A stretch of DNA of 64,000 nucleotides, from NCBI GenBank assembly GCA_012295275.1, contig CM022679.1, forward strand, positions 25,544,001 to 25,608,000, given 5' to 3'. The position numbers and the translations under genes were made by a program. This DNA comes from Chrysomallon squamiferum (lineage: Eukaryota > Animalia > Mollusca). Below are positions 60,940-64,000 of this stretch, in pieces (position 1 is the first letter of the stretch; every line of letters starts with the position of its first letter). Under the pieces are notes generated by a model. The model searched no databases, was not told where the DNA came from, and saw only the letters and a program-made list of their open reading frames with translations.

Positions 60940-61432
60940 GTATTAAGAAAGATGTGAAAATAAATGAAAATATTGTGTGAACTAAATAAATATGTCTAGA
61001 GATAAACGAAATAAAAAAATCTGAGAATAGAATGCATGAAGAAACTGTCAACTGAACAAATGAAAAATGTATGAAGAAAATTCTGTGAAATTAGCTAGAA
61101 AAACTATCAAAATTAAAAAATAAAATTTGTGAACTGAATAATTAAAAATGTGCGAATTTGTTAAGAAATCAAATGAAGAAAATTATATGAAAATATCAAA
61201 GTTAGAGAAACTGTGTGAACTGAATATTTGAAAAAATGTGTGAATTTAACACCCCCAAAAAAGCCAATTAAAATAATTCTGTGAAATTGGTTTGGGAAAG
61301 TGTGTGAACAAAAAAAAAAAGAAAAAAAGTCTATGAATTTATCAAAAAATCAAGTTAAAAAAATTCGTTTGAAATCAGCTGCTGGAAAAAACTAAAAAAA
61401 AAAATAAAAAAAAAACTATGTGAACTGAACAA
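60940..61432. repeat. Degenerate A-rich tandem repeat
   Basis: TGTGTGAACTGAA and TGTGAAATT motifs recur. Confidence 0.6.
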
Positions 61433-64000
61433 GATACAGTTGGTTGTAGAACAAATGATGGAAATGTACCAGATGGGAGATAACACGAAACAGGTTAAAA
61501 TCCCATCTCGGTGGTGAATAAAACTATGTTATCACACAGACACATCTGATCCTGGGCTGTATTTTTACCTCAGGGATCACAAGGTTTTGGCATTACAGCC
61601 CACCTCCCATGTAATCACACGTTTGATTGGTTTTGTTTATTGCTTTCTTTTGGTCATTTTGTGTTCTCGTAAGACTTTTTTGTTTTTTAACACCTAGGCC
61701 AATAAAAAGATGTTTTGAAGTTTGTTTGTTTTGAAATTTTTTTTTTAGAGACTGAGGTGTTGAAAAAGGATCCTGTTAGTTTCAATGAAAAAAGAATAAA
61801 ATTAATTTTTTTAAAATTTATTAATGAGTGTGTGGATTGGGTTTTTGAGTAATATTGTTTAGAGATTATATTAAAAAATGTTTCTACATTTGAACTGACC
61901 TTTTTAATTTTATTAATTACATAGTTATGCACATGCATGCATACATATGTGTGTATATACAGACACATACAAACACAAAACAGTCTTATACAGATTCATA
62001 CATGAACATTTTGCAAACTTTGGATTTAGGCAAATGATGCATAAATACATACACACACACACACACAAACATACATACATACATTATTGTATTTCATCAT
62101 GATGCTTTAATATTAAATAAATCAGTATTAGCAAGTTTGGTTGTGTTCTTTTCATCTTTTTTTTTTTAATTAAATTTTTCCCTTTTCTGTGACAAAATCA
62201 TTAAATGTTTATTTATTTTTTTTTTTTTTTATCATTTGTAGATAAATATTGTTTGGATTACCTCATATAACTAATTTTACAAGATGAAGAAAACTGAACT
62301 CCTGGTGAGTATGTCTTAGTTTCGAATTGTACCCTTTGAATCTGAGCCATTTTTTGTTTATTTACAACCATATATTGTATTTCTTTTTACAGTATTAAAA
62401 AATAATATGTAAGTTTAAATATATTTTACAAAGATACATACAACTGATTTTGTTTTATTAAAGTACACATACTGTGACAATAGACTAAATAACATTTCAT
62501 ATAATTATTTTATGTGCTTTTTGTTAAAGTGTATGTGTTGTTTTATGAACAAATAATATAAATTATTGTATTTTTAAAAAGATCCAAGTAATCATATTAT
62601 AATTTTTTTTCTTACTTAATTGCTACCTACATATTGAATATGTGACAGTAGTCTAAATAATATTTAACATAATTATTTTTTTTCTGATTAAAGTTTAGGT
62701 CTTATTAATAGCTACCTATCATATAATACCATAAATAAAATATATTTCGTATAGTTTCAAGTAATTATTTTATTTCTTTTCCTTTTAAAATACCCTTGGT
62801 TTTTAAGGTATGGTATGTACAAATATATAGTAAATTTATTTTATATTCTTTCACCCTTTTATTTCATTCTTCTTATAAAAATATACCATTTTTTTGTCTA
62901 AATAGATAGGCTTAATATATTTGTTAAATGTTTGTTTTAGGGTGGGCTTGAGGCTGTTATTTGCTTTTAGGAAATAAAAGATTTAGTATTTGCTTGTTAG
63001 GCCAGATTGATAGATTGATAGCTTACAATATATCCATATTTAATTTATTATTAATAATAGTATATTTCATTTATTTATTTGTATGTTTACTAACATTTCT
63101 AATATTTCTGTCGTCCTTCAGCAAAATAATGATTAAATAAGGGAAGTTACTCTGTAGAGACAGACTTTTTCTTCCTTCTTTAAAAAAAAAAAAAAAAAAC
63201 CACTATGCCATTAAAGGGGAACTACTCTACATCTTTAGATGTCATATTTCTTTCTGGCAACAATTCTGAACTGTTCTCGCAAAAGCCCTCATAGACTGAG
63301 CCATTGTGATTTTCATTGCTATTATATACTAATACTGAAATAAAATAAACCTACATCATCTGATAATATGAACATTTCGATAAAAACAGAGTAATAATAA
63401 TGATGATAAATAGATGATGACAACAATAAAGTCATTAAAATATGAAGAAAAAAAAATTATGAATTAAAATAATAATCAATAATAAGAAAGACTGATAACA
63501 CAGTTTTGATTTTTCACTCCTAATACTGTTTTATTATGTACAAAGTTTTGATAAGCTTTATAATACACCTAATGGGTCTAGTAATAATGTATCTGTATGA
63601 GACATCTAATATCTGAAGCAGCTAACATCAAATTTAAAAATCTTCAGTAATATTCACCAATATCCATGAGCACAATTAATTACTGTTATAACTTATATAT
63701 GAATTTGAATTAGGCAATTTGTGTACTATAGCTATATTATTTATTCTTTAATTTTTTCTAATATTTTCAGTTTCTCATAATTAAACCCCATGAAGCATAC
63801 TGTTGTCACATCTTACATTTTAATATTTATCATCAGATTAGTTTGTTTCTCAGTCAGTTTACTGGTTAAATTTCTATTAATAATATTATGAAATATACCT
63901 ATATAATCTATTCTTTTACTTTTCTAGTAATAAGTTACAAACAGTCTGTAATATACTTTAAGAAAAACAACAATGTTAAAACTCACATCTCAATATAAGA

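Overview
This is AT-rich, microsatellite-rich animal genomic DNA; the decayed tRNA-derived SINEs suggest a gastropod mollusc (inference from recalled repeat similarity). Three complete intron-containing genes can be rebuilt by hand with consistent splice phases. They are a 4-exon glutathione S-transferase of bacterial/fungal GTT1-like type (+, 1056-4261, 206 aa), WDR13 (-, 7126-13567, 13 exons, 482 aa) and a secreted-type neutral ceramidase (+, 15823-28230, 19 exons, 708 aa). A possible first exon of a divergent gene lies at 665-732 (-). The remaining ~36 kb is mostly non-coding: minisatellites, SINE relics, hairpins and three weak candidate exons. The most unusual signals concern splicing. 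WDR13 has a U12-type intron. The ceramidase needs three GC-AG introns, two of them consecutive and two with poor consensus. Three introns in two genes contain tandem arrays copied from their own 3' splice site. Two palindromic CLEAR/E-box sites sit just upstream of the ceramidase ATG. All coordinates were counted by hand; no database search was possible.
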